This document shows, in pieces, positions 50,669 to 62,389 of a DNA stretch of 64,000 nucleotides. The stretch is from Gammaproteobacteria bacterium. GTDB lineage: Bacteria > Pseudomonadota > Gammaproteobacteria > JAJPIJ01. A program made the position numbers and the translations under genes. The stretch is from the NCBI GenBank assembly GCA_035501935.1, contig DATJVC010000034.1, positions 4,621 to 68,620 of the forward strand. The letters run 5' to 3'. The notes beneath the pieces are model-generated. The model was not told the DNA's origin, did not search any database, and was given only the letters and a program-made list of their open reading frames with translations. Within the stretch, counting starts at the first letter, position 1, and the number at the start of each line of letters is the position of its first letter.

Positions 50669-51396
50669 CAGGAAGCCTCCACTTTTACGGCGTCACCGAC
50701 CGACAGATCATAAACGTGATCGGCGCGGCCCTGGTTGACCGCGATTTCGACCAGCCCGTTGGCATTTTCATACCAGAAGCCCTCGCCCAAACCGGCCTCC
50801 GCGAACGTCTTCAATCGCGGCAACGATCGCCCCTTGACGCGCAGCGCGGCGCCGGCGGGCATGGTCGAGGCCTGCAGGCCGGTCATGGCGTTGCCGAAGT
50901 GATCGAGGTAGATAATCTCCGCCAGATCGTCCGGCCAGTCCGGGAAACGCAGGCCCGCCGTGGCCTTCAGATCCACCGGCTGCCCTGGAGCCAGCATGGC
51001 GGCGACCGGCGCGTAGAGATCGCGCCCGTGAAAACTGTGGGAGAGCCGCTCGGGACGCCAGAGGATGTGGTAATTCTCCACTTTCTTCCCGCGCCGCCGG
51101 ATCATTTCAAATTGGCCGTTATCCGGACCGACGTAATCCCTGCCGTCACAGCGCACCACGCCGGGCTGGTGCTGCGCCGTGCCGACCCCCGGATCGACGA
51201 CACAGACAAACACGCTGCCCGCGGGAAAGGCGGGAGCGTAGGCTGCCAGCAGATAGGCCGCCGCGCGCGGATTGTGCGCCGGCACGTCGGCAAAGAGGTT
51301 GACGACGGCTGCCTGTGGCGCAATGGCGTGAATACTGGCCTGCATCTGCCCGATGTAGGGCCCCTCCCAGCCGAAGTCGGTGAACAGGACGATCAT
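50668..51396 (-). CDS. SAM hydrolase / SAM-dependent halogenase family protein (S-adenosyl-L-methionine hydroxide adenosyltransferase, DUF62)
   Basis: 242 aa from ATG 51396: MIVLFTDFGWEGPYIGQMQ..., with VCVVDPGVGT. The track ORF extends upstream through the rplQ terminator. Confidence 0.7.
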   Translation of the reverse strand: MIVLFTDFGWEGPYIGQMQASIHAIAPQAAVVNLFADVPAHNPRAAAYLLAAYAPAFPAGSVFVCVVDPGVGTAQHQPGVVRCDGRDYVGPDNGQFEMIRRRGKKVENYHILWRPERLSHSFHGRDLYAPVAAMLAPGQPVDLKATAGLRFPDWPDDLAEIIYLDHFGNAMTGLQASTMPAGAALRVKGRSLPRLKTFAEAGLGEGFWYENANGLVEIAVNQGRADHVYDLSVGDAVKVEAS

Positions 51397-51413
51397 CGCG
51401 GCAGTATAAAATG

Positions 51414-51439
51414 AAAACCGGGCGCGCGGCCCGGTTTTT
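51414..51439 (-). terminator. rho-independent terminator after rplQ (end of the alpha operon)
   Basis: CCGGGC-gcgcg-GCCCGG is flanked by A/T runs. On the minus strand it is followed by TTTTCATTTT. Confidence 0.65.
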
Positions 51440-51460
51440 GGCGATCGACGGCGGATTGAA

Positions 51461-51841
51461 TCAGGTTTTCGCGGCCGGTGCGGCGGGACGATCCACCAAC
51501 TCGACGATGGCCAGCGGCGCGCTGTCGCCGCGGCGGAAGCCACGCTTCAGGATGCGCAGGTAGCCACCCGGACGCTTGGCGTAGCGCGGCCCCAGTTCCT
51601 TGAACAGCTTCGTGACCATCTCGCGATCGCGCAGACGGTCAAAAGCCAGACGCCGATGCGCCAGGCTGTCCTTCTTGGCCAGCGTGATGAGCGGCTCGGC
51701 GGTGCGGCGCAGTTCCTTGGCCTTCGGCAGGGTCGTGGTGATGAACTCGTAGCGGAACAAAGACTGCGCCAGGCTGCGCAGCACCGCCTTGCGGGCGGAA
51801 CTGTCGCGGCTCAGTTGGCGGCCGACATTACGATGACGCAT
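51461..51841 (-). CDS. rplQ: 50S ribosomal protein L17
   Basis: Begins [19 protein letters not shown]... Lies downstream of rpoA. Confidence 0.95.
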   Translation of the reverse strand: MRHRNVGRQLSRDSSARKAVLRSLAQSLFRYEFITTTLPKAKELRRTAEPLITLAKKDSLAHRRLAFDRLRDREMVTKLFKELGPRYAKRPGGYLRILKRGFRRGDSAPLAIVELVDRPAAPAAKT

Positions 51842-51872
51842 GGCTCATTCCTTCCAGACCGGGTGGCAATAA

Positions 51873-52874
51873 TCAGCCAGAGACCTTGGCGGCCAGCGAC
51901 GCCGGCGGCCAGTTTTCCAGGCGCATGCCGAGTGACAACCCGCGCGCGGCCAGCACTTCCTTGATCTCGGTCAGTGACTTCTTGCCGAGATTGGGGGTCT
52001 TGAGCAACTCCACCTCGGTGCGCTGGATCAGATCGCCGATGAAATGGATGCTTTCGGCCTTGAGGCAGTTGGCGGAACGCACGGTCAGTTCCAGATCGTC
52101 GATCGGGCGCAGCAGGATCGGATCGACCTCCGCCTCAGCACGATGGGCGGCCTCGGGCTGCTCGGCGCCCTGCAGATCCACGAACACGGACAATTGATCC
52201 TTGAGCAGGTGGGCGGCATTGCGCACCGCCGTTTCCGGGTCGATGGCGCCGTTGGTCTCCACCGTCAGGATCAGCTTGTCCAGATCGGTGCGCTGCTCGA
52301 CGCGGGCGTTCTGCACCTCGTAGGCCACGCGCCGGATCGGGCTGAAGCTCGCGTCCAGCTTGAGCCGGCCGATGGTCTGCCCGGTCTCCTCGGGCTGGGC
52401 GCGGACGGTGACCGGCTCATAGCCGCGGCCGCGCATGACCTTCAGCGTCATGTTGAGCTCGCCCGCCTCGGTCAGCGTGGCGATGTGCTGTTCCGGATTC
52501 ACGATTTCCACGTCGTGGTCGAGGGTGATGTCGCCGGCCGTGACCTTGCCCGGCCCCTTCTTGTTCAGGGTCAGCGTCGCCTCGCGCTTGGCGTGCATGC
52601 GGATGGCCAGGCTCTTCAGGTTCAGCAGGATGTCGATGACGTCCTCCTGCACGCCGGGGACGGTGGTGTATTCATGCAGCACCCCGCTGATCTCCACCTC
52701 CACCACCGCGCTGCCCGGCAGCGAGGACAGCAACACGCGGCGCAGGGCGTTGCCCAGCGTGTGTCCGAAGCCTCGATCCAGCGGTTCGAGCGTGATCTTG
52801 GCGCAGCGCTCGTTCACCGGCTCGACGTCGACCAGACGGGGTTTCAGCAATTCGATTTCGGTTGCGCGCATCAT
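51873..52874 (-). CDS. rpoA: DNA-directed RNA polymerase subunit alpha
   Basis: 333 aa. Contains LKPRLVDVE...[17 protein letters not shown] and the C-terminal domain [14 protein letters not shown]. Confidence 0.97.
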   Translation of the reverse strand: MMRATEIELLKPRLVDVEPVNERCAKITLEPLDRGFGHTLGNALRRVLLSSLPGSAVVEVEISGVLHEYTTVPGVQEDVIDILLNLKSLAIRMHAKREATLTLNKKGPGKVTAGDITLDHDVEIVNPEQHIATLTEAGELNMTLKVMRGRGYEPVTVRAQPEETGQTIGRLKLDASFSPIRRVAYEVQNARVEQRTDLDKLILTVETNGAIDPETAVRNAAHLLKDQLSVFVDLQGAEQPEAAHRAEAEVDPILLRPIDDLELTVRSANCLKAESIHFIGDLIQRTEVELLKTPNLGKKSLTEIKEVLAARGLSLGMRLENWPPASLAAKVSG

Positions 52875-52917
52875 GATTTCTCCTGCATTAGCGGGTGACT
52901 ACAACCACGCCGTGCCC

Positions 52918-53541
52918 TTACTTCGAATACAACGCCACTACCAGCGCTTCATTGATGTCCGGCGGCAGATCGGCGCGGTCGGGAACGCTCTTGAACGTGC
53001 CCTCCATCCTGGTCGCATCGACCTCGACCCATTCCGGCAGGCCGAGCTGTTCGGCCACGGTCAGGGCGTCCTGGATACGCGCCTGCTTCCTGGCGTGCTC
53101 GCGGATGGCGATCACATCGCGGGGACGCACGCTGAAGGAGGGGATGTTCACGGTCTGGCCGTTCACGCTGACCGCCTTGTGGCGCACCAGTTGCCGGGCC
53201 TCGGCGCGGGTGGTGCCAAAACCCATGCGGTACACCACGTTGTCCAGCCGGCACTCCAGCAGCTTGAACAGGTTGTCGCCGGTGGCTCCCTTGCGGCGCG
53301 CCGCCTCGGCGTAGTAATTGCGGAACTGCCGCTCCAGCACGCCGTACATGTAGCGCAGCTTCTGCTTCTCGCGCAGCTGCAGGGCGTAGTCCGAGGTGCG
53401 GCGCTGGCGATTGTCGCCGTGCTGGCCCGGCGGCTTGTCGAGCTGGCACTTCGCCTCCAGCGAGCGCCCGCGTCCCTTCAAATTCAGGTCGGCGCCGTGA
53501 CTGCGGCTCTTCTTGCACTTGGGCCCGATATACCTTGCCAT
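52918..53541 (-). CDS. rpsD: 30S ribosomal protein S4
   Basis: Begins [13 protein letters not shown]... 207 aa. Confidence 0.95.
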   Translation of the reverse strand: MARYIGPKCKKSRSHGADLNLKGRGRSLEAKCQLDKPPGQHGDNRQRRTSDYALQLREKQKLRYMYGVLERQFRNYYAEAARRKGATGDNLFKLLECRLDNVVYRMGFGTTRAEARQLVRHKAVSVNGQTVNIPSFSVRPRDVIAIREHARKQARIQDALTVAEQLGLPEWVEVDATRMEGTFKSVPDRADLPPDINEALVVALYSK

Positions 53542-53576
53542 GATTCTTTAAAGTCCCGAGGGGTGGTGTGAAAAAA

Positions 53577-54017
53577 TCAAACGCGACGTTTCTTAGGCGG
53601 ACGGCAGCCGTTGTGCGGAATGGGCGTGACGTCGGTGATGTTCGTCACCTTGAAGCCGGCGGCGTTCAACGACCGCACCGCCGATTCGCGCCCCGGTCCC
53701 GGTCCCTTGACGTAAACATCGAGGCTCTGCACGCCCAGTTCCTTCAGCGCCGCCGTCACCTTCTCGGCGGCCACCTGCGCGGCGAACGGCGTGCTCTTGC
53801 GCGAACCGCGGAAACCGGCGCCGCCCGCCGTCGCCCAGGCAATGACGTTGCCCTGTCGATCGGTGATGGTGATGATGGTGTTGTTGAAGGACGCGTGGAT
53901 GTGCGCGATGCCGTCCACGACGGTCTTCTTCGTGCGTTTGCGGGCGCGCGGCGCGGCGGCGGGCGTTGCAGCCGCGGCGGCGGGGGTCGCCGGTGTCGGT
54001 GTTGGTGTGTCAGCCAT
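53577..54017 (-). CDS. rpsK: 30S ribosomal protein S11 (with a short Thr/Pro/Ala-rich N-terminal extension)
   Basis: Contains [18 protein letters not shown] and ends CRPPKKRRV. Confidence 0.95.
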   Translation of the reverse strand: MADTPTPTPATPAAAAATPAAAPRARKRTKKTVVDGIAHIHASFNNTIITITDRQGNVIAWATAGGAGFRGSRKSTPFAAQVAAEKVTAALKELGVQSLDVYVKGPGPGRESAVRSLNAAGFKVTNITDVTPIPHNGCRPPKKRRV

Positions 54018-54034
54018 GTTCCAAGTCGCTCAAT

Positions 54035-54412
54035 TCAGGTGGCGGGAGTGGTGCTCAATTTCTTTATCGCCTTGCGCGGCCCCTTGCGGGTGCGCGCATT
54101 GGTGCGCGTACGCTGTCCGCGCACCGGCAACCCGCGGCGGTGACGCAGGCCGCGATAGCAACCCAGGTCCATGAGCCGCTTGATGTTCATCGAAATCTCG
54201 CGGCGCAGATCGCCCTCGACGGTGAACTTCGCCACCTCGGCGCGGATGGCGTCGAGCTGCGCGTCATTCAAGTCCTTGATTTTGGTGGTCGGATTCACGC
54301 CCACCGTCTTGCAAATCTCCCGCGCACGCGTTGGGCCGATGCCATAGATGTACCGCAACGCGATCTCCGCGTGCTTCTGCACCGGTATGTTTACGCCTGC
54401 GACTCGCGCCAT
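54035..54412 (-). CDS. rpsM: 30S ribosomal protein S13
   Basis: Begins [26 protein letters not shown]... Confidence 0.95.
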   Translation of the reverse strand: MARVAGVNIPVQKHAEIALRYIYGIGPTRAREICKTVGVNPTTKIKDLNDAQLDAIRAEVAKFTVEGDLRREISMNIKRLMDLGCYRGLRHRRGLPVRGQRTRTNARTRKGPRKAIKKLSTTPAT

Positions 54413-54507
54413 GGGTCCACCCCTCTCAATTCAGAAATACGCCCCCTGCCCTGAAGGGGGCGGGGATTCTATGCGGATGGTGGGCTGGGATCAAGCGCAT
54501 GCCTGCC

Positions 54508-54621
54508 TCAACCCTGCCGCTGCTTGTGTTTCGGATTCTTGCAGATCACCCGTACCACCCGCTTGCGCACGATGACGCGGCAGTTGCGGCACAGCGGTTT
54601 TACCGATGTCCTGACTTTCAT
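54508..54621 (-). CDS. rpmJ: 50S ribosomal protein L36
   Basis: Below the track cutoff. My translation: [37 protein letters not shown]. Lies between secY and rpsM. Confidence 0.95.
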   Translation of the reverse strand: MKVRTSVKPLCRNCRVIVRKRVVRVICKNPKHKQRQG

Positions 54622-54645
54622 GATTCCTCTCCGCGCGGCCGGCGC

Positions 54646-55989
54646 CTAACGCCGGATCCCCTTGAGATTGGCCTTCTTCAGCAGGCCGGAGTACTGATGC
54701 GAGAGCATGTGCGCCTGCACCTGGGCCATGAAATCCATGACCACCACGACAATGATGAGCAGCGATGTGCCGCCGAAATAAAACGGCACGTGAAACTTCG
54801 AGATCAGCAGTTCGGGCAGCAGGCACACGAGCGTGATGTAAATCGCGCCGGCCAGGGTCAGGCGCGTCATGACGCCGTCGACGTAATTGGCGGTCTGTTC
54901 GCCGGGACGGATGCCGGGGATGAAGGCGCCGGACTTCTTCAGGTTTTCCGCCGTGTCCTTCGGATTGAACACGATCGCCGTATAGAAGAAGCAGAAGAAA
55001 ATGATGGCGATGGCGTAGAGCAGCGCGTGCAGCGGCTGGCCGGGCGCGATGGTATTGGAAATCGTCCGCAGCCAGTGCATGTTTTCGTTGCTGCCGAACC
55101 AGCTGCCGATCGTGGCCGGGAACAGGATGATGCTGGACGCGAATATGGGCGGAATAACGCCGGACATGTTGATCTTGAGCGGCAGGTGGCTGGCCTGGCC
55201 CGCGTAGATCCGCTGCCCCGACTGGCGCCGGGCGTAATTCACCGTGATCCGGCGCTGGCCGCGCTCGATGAAGACCACGATTCCCGTCACCACCACGGCC
55301 ACGGCAAATAGCGCCACCACCATGACGATGTTGATCTCCTGCGTGCGCGCCAGTTCCAGCGTGCTGACCACGGCGCGCGGCAGGCCGGCGACGATGCCGG
55401 CGAAGATGAGCATGGAGATGCCGTTGCCCACGCCGCGTTCGGTGATCTGCTCGCCCAACCACATGAGGAACATCGTGCCCGTCACCAACGAGGTGACGGC
55501 GGTGATCTGGAACCCGAGGCCGGGATTCAGCACCAAGCCCTGGCCGCCGGCGCTCTGCCCTTCCAGCGCGATGGACACCCCCAGGGCCTGAAATACGGCG
55601 AGGATGACCGTGCCATAGCGGGAATACTGCATCAGCTTGCGGCGGCCGCTCTCGCCCTCCTTCTTCAATGACTCGAAGGCTGGCACCACCATGGTCAGCA
55701 ACTGCACAATGATCGAGGCGGAGATGTACGGCATGATCCCCAGCGCGCACACCGACAGGCGTTGCAAGGCGCCGCCGGAAAACATGTTGAACATGTCGAG
55801 GATGGTGCCGTGCTCGAACAATTGCTTCAACGCGTTCGGATTGATGCCCGGCACCGGGATGTGCGTGGCGATCCGGAACACGATCAGCGCGCCCACCAGG
55901 AACAGCAGCCGGTCGCGCAGCTCGGTAAGCTTGCTCAAGCTCGGCAGGCCGGTGGTGCTTCTGTCTGTTGACGTTTTAGCCACTGTCAC
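54646..55989 (-). CDS. secY: preprotein translocase subunit SecY
   Basis: The SecY sequence ([32 protein letters not shown]...) is the C-terminal two-thirds of the 637-aa track ORF. The start is GTG 55989 (GTGA overlap with the rplO stop) or GTG 55983. Confidence 0.95.
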   Translation of the reverse strand: MTVAKTSTDRSTTGLPSLSKLTELRDRLLFLVGALIVFRIATHIPVPGINPNALKQLFEHGTILDMFNMFSGGALQRLSVCALGIMPYISASIIVQLLTMVVPAFESLKKEGESGRRKLMQYSRYGTVILAVFQALGVSIALEGQSAGGQGLVLNPGLGFQITAVTSLVTGTMFLMWLGEQITERGVGNGISMLIFAGIVAGLPRAVVSTLELARTQEINIVMVVALFAVAVVVTGIVVFIERGQRRITVNYARRQSGQRIYAGQASHLPLKINMSGVIPPIFASSIILFPATIGSWFGSNENMHWLRTISNTIAPGQPLHALLYAIAIIFFCFFYTAIVFNPKDTAENLKKSGAFIPGIRPGEQTANYVDGVMTRLTLAGAIYITLVCLLPELLISKFHVPFYFGGTSLLIIVVVVMDFMAQVQAHMLSHQYSGLLKKANLKGIRR

Positions 55990-56420
55990 GCCTCGATGCT
56001 GCCGCCGGCCTTTTCGATCGCCGTGCGCGCGCCCTTGGTCACCGTCAGGCCCTTGATGGCCAGCGCCTTCTTGAGTTCGCCAGAGAGTATGACCCGCACG
56101 CGCTCGACGCCCGGGCCGATCACACCGGCCTTGCGCAGCGCCTCCAGATCGATGGGCTTGGCCTTCATCCTGGCCAGATCGCCCAGACGTACCTCGGCCA
56201 CCGTATCCGCCGTCAGCGACTTGAAGCCGAATTTGGGCAGCCGGCGTTGCAGCGGCATCTGGCCGCCTTCGAAGCCCACCTTGTGATAGCCGCCGGCGCG
56301 GGCGTGCTGGCCCTTGTGGCCCAGGCCGCAGGTCTTGCCGATGCCGGAACCGCCGCCGCGACCGACGCGCAGGCGCTTGGTCCTGGCGCCCGCCGCGGGT
56401 TTGAGATCGTTCAAGCGCAT
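55986..56420 (-). CDS. rplO: 50S ribosomal protein L15
   Basis: Begins [30 protein letters not shown]... Confidence 0.95.
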   Translation of the reverse strand: MRLNDLKPAAGARTKRLRVGRGGGSGIGKTCGLGHKGQHARAGGYHKVGFEGGQMPLQRRLPKFGFKSLTADTVAEVRLGDLARMKAKPIDLEALRKAGVIGPGVERVRVILSGELKKALAIKGLTVTKGARTAIEKAGGSIEA

Positions 56421-56423
56421 GGT

Positions 56424-56609
56424 CTAATCCTCCACCGCCAGCAGGTAGGCCACCTTGCCGATCATGCCGCGGTTGGCCGGCGTGTCCTGCACTTCCACGC
56501 TGTGCCCGATGCGGCGCAGGCCCAGCCCCCGCACACAGGCCTTGTGGGCGGCCAGGCACTTGTTGGTGCTGCGCACCAGCCTGACTTTGATTCGTTTGGC
56601 CTTGGTCAT
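56424..56609 (-). CDS. rpmD: 50S ribosomal protein L30
   Basis: Begins [33 protein letters not shown]... from ATG 56609. Confidence 0.93.
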   Translation of the reverse strand: MTKAKRIKVRLVRSTNKCLAAHKACVRGLGLRRIGHSVEVQDTPANRGMIGKVAYLLAVED

Positions 56610-56617
56610 GGTCCTTG

Positions 56618-57133
56618 TCACCCGGTGATTTCTTCGAGCTTCTTGCCGCGTTTGGCGGCGAAGCGCGCCGGATCGCTGATGCTGCGCAGGCCCTTCAAGG
56701 TGGCGCGCACGACGTTGATGGGATTCGAGTTGCCGATGCATTTGGCCAGCACATCCTGCACGCCCGCCACCTCGAACACGGCCCGCATCGGGCCGCCGGC
56801 GATGATGCCGGTGCCTTCGGAGGCCGGCTGCATATAGACCTTGGCGGCGCCGTGTCTGCCAACGACGGCATAGGGCAGCGTGCGGCCATTGAGCGCAACG
56901 CTTTTCATGTCGCGGCGCGCGCTTTCCATGGCCTTGGAGATCGCGGCAGGCACTTCGCGCGCCTTGCCGCGGCCGAGCCCGACCCGGCCCTCGCCGTCGC
57001 CCACCACCGTGAGCGCGGCAAAGCCGAAGATACGGCCGCCCTTGACCACCTTGGCGACGCGATTGACGGCGACCAGTTTTTCGCGCAAACCGTCGGTGTT
57101 TTCAGAAGCGGAAGAGGCTGCGTTGGTCATCAT
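56618..57133 (-). CDS. rpsE: 30S ribosomal protein S5
   Basis: Contains [31 protein letters not shown]. Confidence 0.95.
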   Translation of the reverse strand: MMTNAASSASENTDGLREKLVAVNRVAKVVKGGRIFGFAALTVVGDGEGRVGLGRGKAREVPAAISKAMESARRDMKSVALNGRTLPYAVVGRHGAAKVYMQPASEGTGIIAGGPMRAVFEVAGVQDVLAKCIGNSNPINVVRATLKGLRSISDPARFAAKRGKKLEEITG

Positions 57134-57153
57134 GCTGTCCTTGGAAATATTCG

Positions 57154-57513
57154 TTAAAACTCAAGGCCGCCTTCACGCGCGGCATCGGCCAGCGCCTTGA
57201 TTCGGCCGTGATAATTGAATCCGGAGCGATCAAAGGCCACGCGCTTGACGCCCTTGGCCTTGGCGCGGCGGGCCACCAGCTTGCCCACTTCGATCGCGGC
57301 GTTGATGTTGCCGCCGTTCTTCATGCCCTTGCGCAATTCCTTGTCCACGGTCGAGGCCGCCGCCACCACCTCATAGGTGCCCGGAGCGAAGATCTGGGCA
57401 TAGATGTGGCGCGGCGTGCGATGTACCGACAGGCGGTGCACGCTCAATGTCCTGATCTTGGAGCGCGTCCTGGTGGCGCGGCGCAAACGGGCGGTTTTTT
57501 TGGTGACGGACAT
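57154..57513 (-). CDS. rplR: 50S ribosomal protein L18
   Basis: Begins [21 protein letters not shown]...RTPRHIYAQ from ATG 57513. Confidence 0.93.
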   Translation of the reverse strand: MSVTKKTARLRRATRTRSKIRTLSVHRLSVHRTPRHIYAQIFAPGTYEVVAAASTVDKELRKGMKNGGNINAAIEVGKLVARRAKAKGVKRVAFDRSGFNYHGRIKALADAAREGGLEF

Positions 57514-57535
57514 GGAATTCTCGCTCGCTATATCT

Positions 57536-58069
57536 TTACGCCTTCTTGGTTTCCTTGCGCAGGATGACTTCATCGGCATACTTCACGCCCTTGCCCTTGT
57601 AAGGCTCGGGCGGACGGTAGGCGCGAATCTTCGCCGCCACCTGGCCCACCTGCTGCTTGTTGACACCCTTGACCACGATTTCGGTCTGGCTGGGTGTCTC
57701 GATGGTGATTCCCTCCGGGATTGCGAAGTTCACCGGATGCGAAAAGCCCAGCGTCAGATTCAGGGTCTTGCCCTGCACCTGGGCACGGTAACCCACGCCG
57801 TTGATTTCCAGTTTGCGCTCAAACCCGGCGGACACGCCGCGCACGGTGTTGTTGAGCAGCGCCCGCAGGGTGCCGGCCAGCTGGCTGGCCGTCTTGCTGC
57901 GTTCCTTCATGCCCACCTTGACGCTCTGCCCGTCCATGCTGACTTCAACGCCAGCGGGCACGCGATGGGCCATGGCGCCCTTGGCGCCCTTGATGGCGAC
58001 ATCGGCCCCGTTGATCTTGACCTCCACACCCTTCGGCAGGGGGATGGCTTTTCTGGCTACCCGTGACAT
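57536..58069 (-). CDS. rplF: 50S ribosomal protein L6
   Basis: Begins [21 protein letters not shown]... from ATG 58069. Confidence 0.95.
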   Translation of the reverse strand: MSRVARKAIPLPKGVEVKINGADVAIKGAKGAMAHRVPAGVEVSMDGQSVKVGMKERSKTASQLAGTLRALLNNTVRGVSAGFERKLEINGVGYRAQVQGKTLNLTLGFSHPVNFAIPEGITIETPSQTEIVVKGVNKQQVGQVAAKIRAYRPPEPYKGKGVKYADEVILRKETKKA

Positions 58070-58091
58070 GGTGTGATCCTCGAACCCTTGG

Positions 58092-58487
58092 TTAGGACAC
58101 GATACAGACCAATTCACCGCCCACCCCCTGGGCGCGGGCGGCGCGGTCGGTCATCAACCCGCGCGAAGTGGAAACGATGGCGATGCCGTAGCCGCCGACG
58201 ATCTTGGGCAGGGCCGATTTGCCGTGATAAACGCGGAGCCCCGGGCGGCTGACACGCTTGATCGATTCGATCACCGGCTTGCCTTCGTAATATTTGAGCC
58301 CGATGGTCAGTTGTGGCCGGCCTTCCAGGTTCCGCACCACGCAATCGGAAATATATCCTTCTTCCTTGAGCAGCTTGGCGACGGCCAGTTTGCGTTTGGA
58401 CGAGGGCATGGCGACCTCCTGCTTGCGCAGGGCCTGTGCGTTGCGGATGCGGGTCAGCATGTCGGCGATCGGGTCTTGTAAGCTCAT
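58092..58487 (-). CDS. rpsH: 30S ribosomal protein S8
   Basis: Begins [17 protein letters not shown]... from ATG 58487. Confidence 0.95.
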   Translation of the reverse strand: MSLQDPIADMLTRIRNAQALRKQEVAMPSSKRKLAVAKLLKEEGYISDCVVRNLEGRPQLTIGLKYYEGKPVIESIKRVSRPGLRVYHGKSALPKIVGGYGIAIVSTSRGLMTDRAARAQGVGGELVCIVS

Positions 58488-58525
58488 CGTAACGGTTCTC
58501 AACAGTTCTCTATATGTATGTGCAA

Positions 58526-58831
58526 TCACCAGCTGGCCTTGACCAGGCCTGGCACGTCGCCGCGCATGGCGGCCTTGCGCAGCTTGCTGCGCGACAGCCC
58601 AAACTTGCGGTAATAGCCGCGCGTGCGGCCCGTAATCCGGCAGCGATTGCGCACGCGCGAGGGACTGGAGTCGCGCGGCATCTTCTGCAATTTCAAGGCC
58701 GCGGCGGCGCGTTCCTCCTCGCTCAGGCGCACATCCTTGGCCTTGGTGCGCAGTTCGTTGCGCTTTGCGGCGAGCTTCTTCGACAACTTGATGCGCCGGA
58801 CCTCGCGCAGCTTCATCGATAATTTGGCCAT
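58526..58831 (-). CDS. rpsN: 30S ribosomal protein S14
   Basis: 101 aa. Begins [13 protein letters not shown] and ends [11 protein letters not shown]. Confidence 0.95.
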   Translation of the reverse strand: MAKLSMKLREVRRIKLSKKLAAKRNELRTKAKDVRLSEEERAAAALKLQKMPRDSSPSRVRNRCRITGRTRGYYRKFGLSRSKLRKAAMRGDVPGLVKASW

Positions 58832-58846
58832 GCGTTGACCTCTTGC

Positions 58847-59392
58847 CTATTGGTTGCGCAGCGGCAGGTTGAATGCCGCCAGCAGCGCGCGCCCGTGTTC
58901 GTCCGTGCGCGCATTGGTGGTGATGCAGATGTCCATGCCCCGGATGGCGTCGATCTTGTCAAAGTCGATCTCCGGGAAAATGATCTGTTCCTTGACGCCC
59001 AGGCTGTAGTTGCCGCGGCCGTCGAAGGCGCGCGGGCTCAGGCCGCGGAAATCGCGGATGCGGGGGATGGCCACGTTGATCAGCCGGTCGAGAAACTCGT
59101 ACATCCGCTCGCGCCGCAGGGTCACCATGCACCCGATGGCCAGGTTTTCCCGGATCTTGAAGTTGGAGATGGCCTTGCGCGAACGTGTAACCACGGGTTT
59201 CTGGCCGGCGATCTTGGTCAGGTCCTCCACAGCGTGTTCGATGATCTTCTTGTCGGCGACCGCCTCGCCCACGCCCATGTTGAGCGTGACCTTGATGATG
59301 CGCGGCACCTGCACGGCATTCTTGAAGCCGAACTGTTTCATCAGGCCGGGAATGACCTTGCGGCGATAAAAATCTTGCAGTCGGGCGGTCAT
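58847..59392 (-). CDS. rplE: 50S ribosomal protein L5
   Basis: Begins [25 protein letters not shown]... Confidence 0.95.
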   Translation of the reverse strand: MTARLQDFYRRKVIPGLMKQFGFKNAVQVPRIIKVTLNMGVGEAVADKKIIEHAVEDLTKIAGQKPVVTRSRKAISNFKIRENLAIGCMVTLRRERMYEFLDRLINVAIPRIRDFRGLSPRAFDGRGNYSLGVKEQIIFPEIDFDKIDAIRGMDICITTNARTDEHGRALLAAFNLPLRNQ

Positions 59393-59406
59393 GATCGATC
59401 CTGTCC

Positions 59407-59739
59407 TCAGACGTCAACGACTTCGCCGTTGGATTTGAAATACCGCACCTTGCGACCGTCGGCCAGCACCCGGATGCCGACGCGATCCGGCTTCTTGGTC
59501 GCCGGGTTGTAGAGGGCGACATTGGCGGCGGCGATGGGCGCCTCCTTCTCCAGGATGCCGCCGGGCTGGTTCGCCTGCGGATTCGGACGGGTGTGACGCT
59601 TGATCATATTGACGCCCTCCACCACCACGCGGCCGTCGTCCAAAAGGCGCAGAACCTTGCCGCGCTGGCCGCGACTGCGGCCCGTGCGCACAATGACCTC
59701 ATCTCCTCGCTTCAATTTCTTCATGGTGGTCTGATCCAT
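59407..59739 (-). CDS. rplX: 50S ribosomal protein L24
   Basis: Contains [22 protein letters not shown] (KOW motif). The start may instead be the internal ATG at 59724. Confidence 0.93.
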   Translation of the reverse strand: MDQTTMKKLKRGDEVIVRTGRSRGQRGKVLRLLDDGRVVVEGVNMIKRHTRPNPQANQPGGILEKEAPIAAANVALYNPATKKPDRVGIRVLADGRKVRYFKSNGEVVDV

Positions 59740-59744
59740 CTTCC

Positions 59745-60113
59745 TTACAACACTTCCGGCGCCAGCGACACGATGCGCATGAACTGTTCGCCGCGCAGTT
59801 CGCGGGTCACCGGCCCGAAGATGCGGGTGCCGATGGGCTGCAATTGGTTGTCCAGCAACACTGCGGCATTGCCGTCAAAGCGGATGATCGAGCCGTCGGG
59901 TCGGCGCACGCCCTTCTTGGTGCGCACCACCACGGCGTTGAACACGTCGCCCTTCTTGACCTTGCTGTTCGGGATCGCCTCCTTGATCGACACCTTGATG
60001 AGGTCGCCGATGCCGGCATAACGGGCCTTGGTGCCCTTCAACACCTTGATGCAGAACAGGCGGCGTGCGCCGCTGTTGTCGGCGGCGTCCAGCACGGTGG
60101 TCATCTGTATCAT
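59745..60113 (-). CDS. rplN: 50S ribosomal protein L14
   Basis: Begins [27 protein letters not shown]... Confidence 0.95.
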   Translation of the reverse strand: MIQMTTVLDAADNSGARRLFCIKVLKGTKARYAGIGDLIKVSIKEAIPNSKVKKGDVFNAVVVRTKKGVRRPDGSIIRFDGNAAVLLDNQLQPIGTRIFGPVTRELRGEQFMRIVSLAPEVL

Positions 60114-60143
60114 GGTTGGTCCCTCATCATCCCGTGGCGGCGC

Positions 60144-60425
60144 TCAATCCTGCGCGGCCGCCCGTTCCACGATCTTCTGCAGGCGCCAGCGCTTGCGCCG
60201 CGAGATCGGACGGCATTCTTCTATCGCCACCGTGTCGCCTTCCTTGCAGGTGTTGTCGGCGTCGTGCGCCAGAAATTTGCTCGACCGCTGGATGTATTTT
60301 TTGTACAGCGGGTGCGTCACCACGCGTTCGACCCGCACGGTGATGGTCTTGTCCATCTTGGTGCTGACCACCTGGCCGATCAGCACACGGCGGTTCGCGG
60401 GATGATTGGCGGTCGTTTCAGTCAT
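60144..60425 (-). CDS. rpsQ: 30S ribosomal protein S17
   Basis: Contains [31 protein letters not shown]. Starts at ATG 60425, with an ATGA overlap with the rpmC stop. The 338-aa track ORF is an upstream read-through of this frame. Confidence 0.93.
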   Translation of the reverse strand: MTETTANHPANRRVLIGQVVSTKMDKTITVRVERVVTHPLYKKYIQRSSKFLAHDADNTCKEGDTVAIEECRPISRRKRWRLQKIVERAAAQD

Positions 60426-60628
60426 GTTTTGCCACCCTTGAGTCTCTGCTCGTGCATGATCGTCTTGATGCGCGCGATGTCGCGGCGCACCTGGCGCACC
60501 TGGCTGGGGCGCGCCACGGCCTGCCCCGTGCCCTGCTGCATGCGCAGGCTGAACTGTTCGCGGTGCAGATCCATGAGCAGGCTGTTCAGTTCCGCCGCTG
60601 TCTTCTGGCGTAATTCCTGGGCACGCAT
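60422..60628 (-). CDS. rpmC: 50S ribosomal protein L29
   Basis: Begins [31 protein letters not shown]... Confidence 0.93.
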   Translation of the reverse strand: MRAQELRQKTAAELNSLLMDLHREQFSLRMQQGTGQAVARPSQVRQVRRDIARIKTIMHEQRLKGGKT

Positions 60629-61042
60629 TTACAGCACCGTCCTTGCCATGAATGTGGTTTTCACCGGCAGCTTGGCCGCCGCCAGCCGGAACACCTCCCG
60701 GGCCTCGGCCTCGGTCATCCCCTCCATTTCGTAGAGGATGCGGCCGGGCTGGACCTGGGCCACCCAGTATTCCACCGCGCCCTTGCCATTGCCCATGCGC
60801 ACTTCCAGCGGTTTCTTCGAGATCGGCTTGTCCGGAAAAACGCGGATCCACACCTTGCCGCCGCGTTTCATCTGATGCGTGATCACGCGCCGCGCCGCCT
60901 CGATCTGGCGGGAAGTCAGGCGCCCGCTGGAGGTGGCCTTGAGGCCGTACTCGCCGAAGCTGACCCGGCAGCCCTTGTGGGCAATGCCCGGGTTGCGCAT
61001 CTTGTGCTGTTTGCGGTACTTGACCTGTTTGGGCTGCAACAC
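60629..61042 (-). CDS. rplP: 50S ribosomal protein L16
   Basis: Begins [14 protein letters not shown]... 137 aa. Confidence 0.95.
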   Translation of the reverse strand: MLQPKQVKYRKQHKMRNPGIAHKGCRVSFGEYGLKATSSGRLTSRQIEAARRVITHQMKRGGKVWIRVFPDKPISKKPLEVRMGNGKGAVEYWVAQVQPGRILYEMEGMTEAEAREVFRLAAAKLPVKTTFMARTVL

Positions 61043-61059
61043 GATGAATTCTCCCCGGC

Positions 61060-61749
61060 CTATTCCGTCGCTGCCGCCGGTTCGGCGTGCTCGGCGGTTT
61101 CCGCCCCGGTGGTCTCATCGCCAGCCAGAATCTCGCCCTTGAAGATCCACACCTTGACACCGATCACGCCATAGGTGGTCTTGGCCTCGGCGAAACCATA
61201 ATCGATGTCGGCGCGCAGCGTGTGCAGCGGCACCCGGCCTTCGCGGTACCATTCTGTGCGCGCGATCTCGGCGCCGTTCAGCCGGCCGGCGACGGTGATC
61301 TTGATGCCCTGGGCGCCGAGTCGCAGCGCGTTCTGCACCGCGCGCTTCATGGCGCGCCGGAACATGATGCGCTTTTCCAGTTGATGCGCAACGCTCTCCG
61401 CCACCAGATAGGCATCGAGTTCAGGCTTGCGGATCTCCTCGACATTGAGCGTCACTGGCACACCCATCATGTCCGTCACCTTCTTGCGCAGCGCCTCGAT
61501 GTCCTCGCCCTTCTTGCCGATGACGATGCCCGGGCGCGCGGTGTGGATGACGATGCGGGCATTGTGCGCCGGACGCTCGATCTGGATGCGGCTGACCGAG
61601 GCCTGCGCCAGCTGCTTGCGCAGGAACTCACGCACCTTGAGATCGGTATTCAGGTAATCGGCGTAATGTTTGGAGTCGGCATACCACTTCGAGGTCCAGT
61701 CCTTGACGATGCCCAGACGAATGCCGATCGGATTGACTTTTTGTCCCAT
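61060..61749 (-). CDS. rpsC: 30S ribosomal protein S3
   Basis: Begins [24 protein letters not shown]... Confidence 0.95.
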   Translation of the reverse strand: MGQKVNPIGIRLGIVKDWTSKWYADSKHYADYLNTDLKVREFLRKQLAQASVSRIQIERPAHNARIVIHTARPGIVIGKKGEDIEALRKKVTDMMGVPVTLNVEEIRKPELDAYLVAESVAHQLEKRIMFRRAMKRAVQNALRLGAQGIKITVAGRLNGAEIARTEWYREGRVPLHTLRADIDYGFAEAKTTYGVIGVKVWIFKGEILAGDETTGAETAEHAEPAAATE

Positions 61750-61763
61750 AAGCCCTGACCGTC

Positions 61764-62099
61764 CTATTTTTTCTCGTCCAGCGTGATCATCACGCGGCTC
61801 GTGCGCCGCAGAATGCGATCCGCCCGGCCGCGTGCGCGCGGGCGCAGCCGCTTCATGGACGGCCCCTGATCCACCAGAATCGTGGTGACCTTGAGCACGT
61901 CGATGTCGGCGCCGTCATTGTGCTCGGCGTTGGCCAGCGCGGATTCCAGCGCCTTTCTGACGATGCCCGCCGCCTTCTTGTTGCTGAATTTGAGCAGGTT
62001 CATGGCCCGATCCACGGGCAGGCCACGCACCTGATCGGCAATCAAACGCAGCTTCTGCGCCGAGATGTGGGCATTGCGGTACAAGGCATGCGTAGCCAT
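61764..62099 (-). CDS. rplV: 50S ribosomal protein L22
   Basis: Contains [29 protein letters not shown]. Confidence 0.95.
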   Translation of the reverse strand: MATHALYRNAHISAQKLRLIADQVRGLPVDRAMNLLKFSNKKAAGIVRKALESALANAEHNDGADIDVLKVTTILVDQGPSMKRLRPRARGRADRILRRTSRVMITLDEKK

Positions 62100-62101
62100 G
62101 G

Positions 62102-62380
62102 CTAGACCTCCACCTTCTTGCCGACGGCGGAATGGCTGCGGAAGATGCGCGTGGCCGCGAATTCACCCAGCTTATGGCCGACCATGTTCTCGGTGATGTA
62201 CACCGGTACGTGCTGCTTGCCGTTGTGCACGGCGATGGTGAACCCCACCATGTCGGGCACGATAAGCGAGCGGCGCGACCAGGTCTTGATCGGGCGCTTG
62301 TCATTGCTGGCACGCGCCTTTTCCACCTTGGCAGCCAGGTGATGATCGATGAATGGACCTTTGCGAACTGAGCGTGGCAT
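62102..62380 (-). CDS. rpsS: 30S ribosomal protein S19
   Basis: Begins [15 protein letters not shown] and contains GHKLGEFA. Confidence 0.95.
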   Translation of the reverse strand: MPRSVRKGPFIDHHLAAKVEKARASNDKRPIKTWSRRSLIVPDMVGFTIAVHNGKQHVPVYITENMVGHKLGEFAATRIFRSHSAVGKKVEV

Positions 62381-62389
62381 GGAATTTCC

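Noticed and set aside
54646-56559. The track shows a single 637-aa ORF spanning secY, rplO and rpmD. It also shows a 338-aa ORF at 60144-61160 spanning rpsQ, rpmC and rplP.
   Set aside because: Only the C-terminal parts match SecY and S17. The upstream parts are out-of-frame read-through across neighbouring ribosomal genes. I set the starts by homology, at GTG 55989 and ATG 60425.
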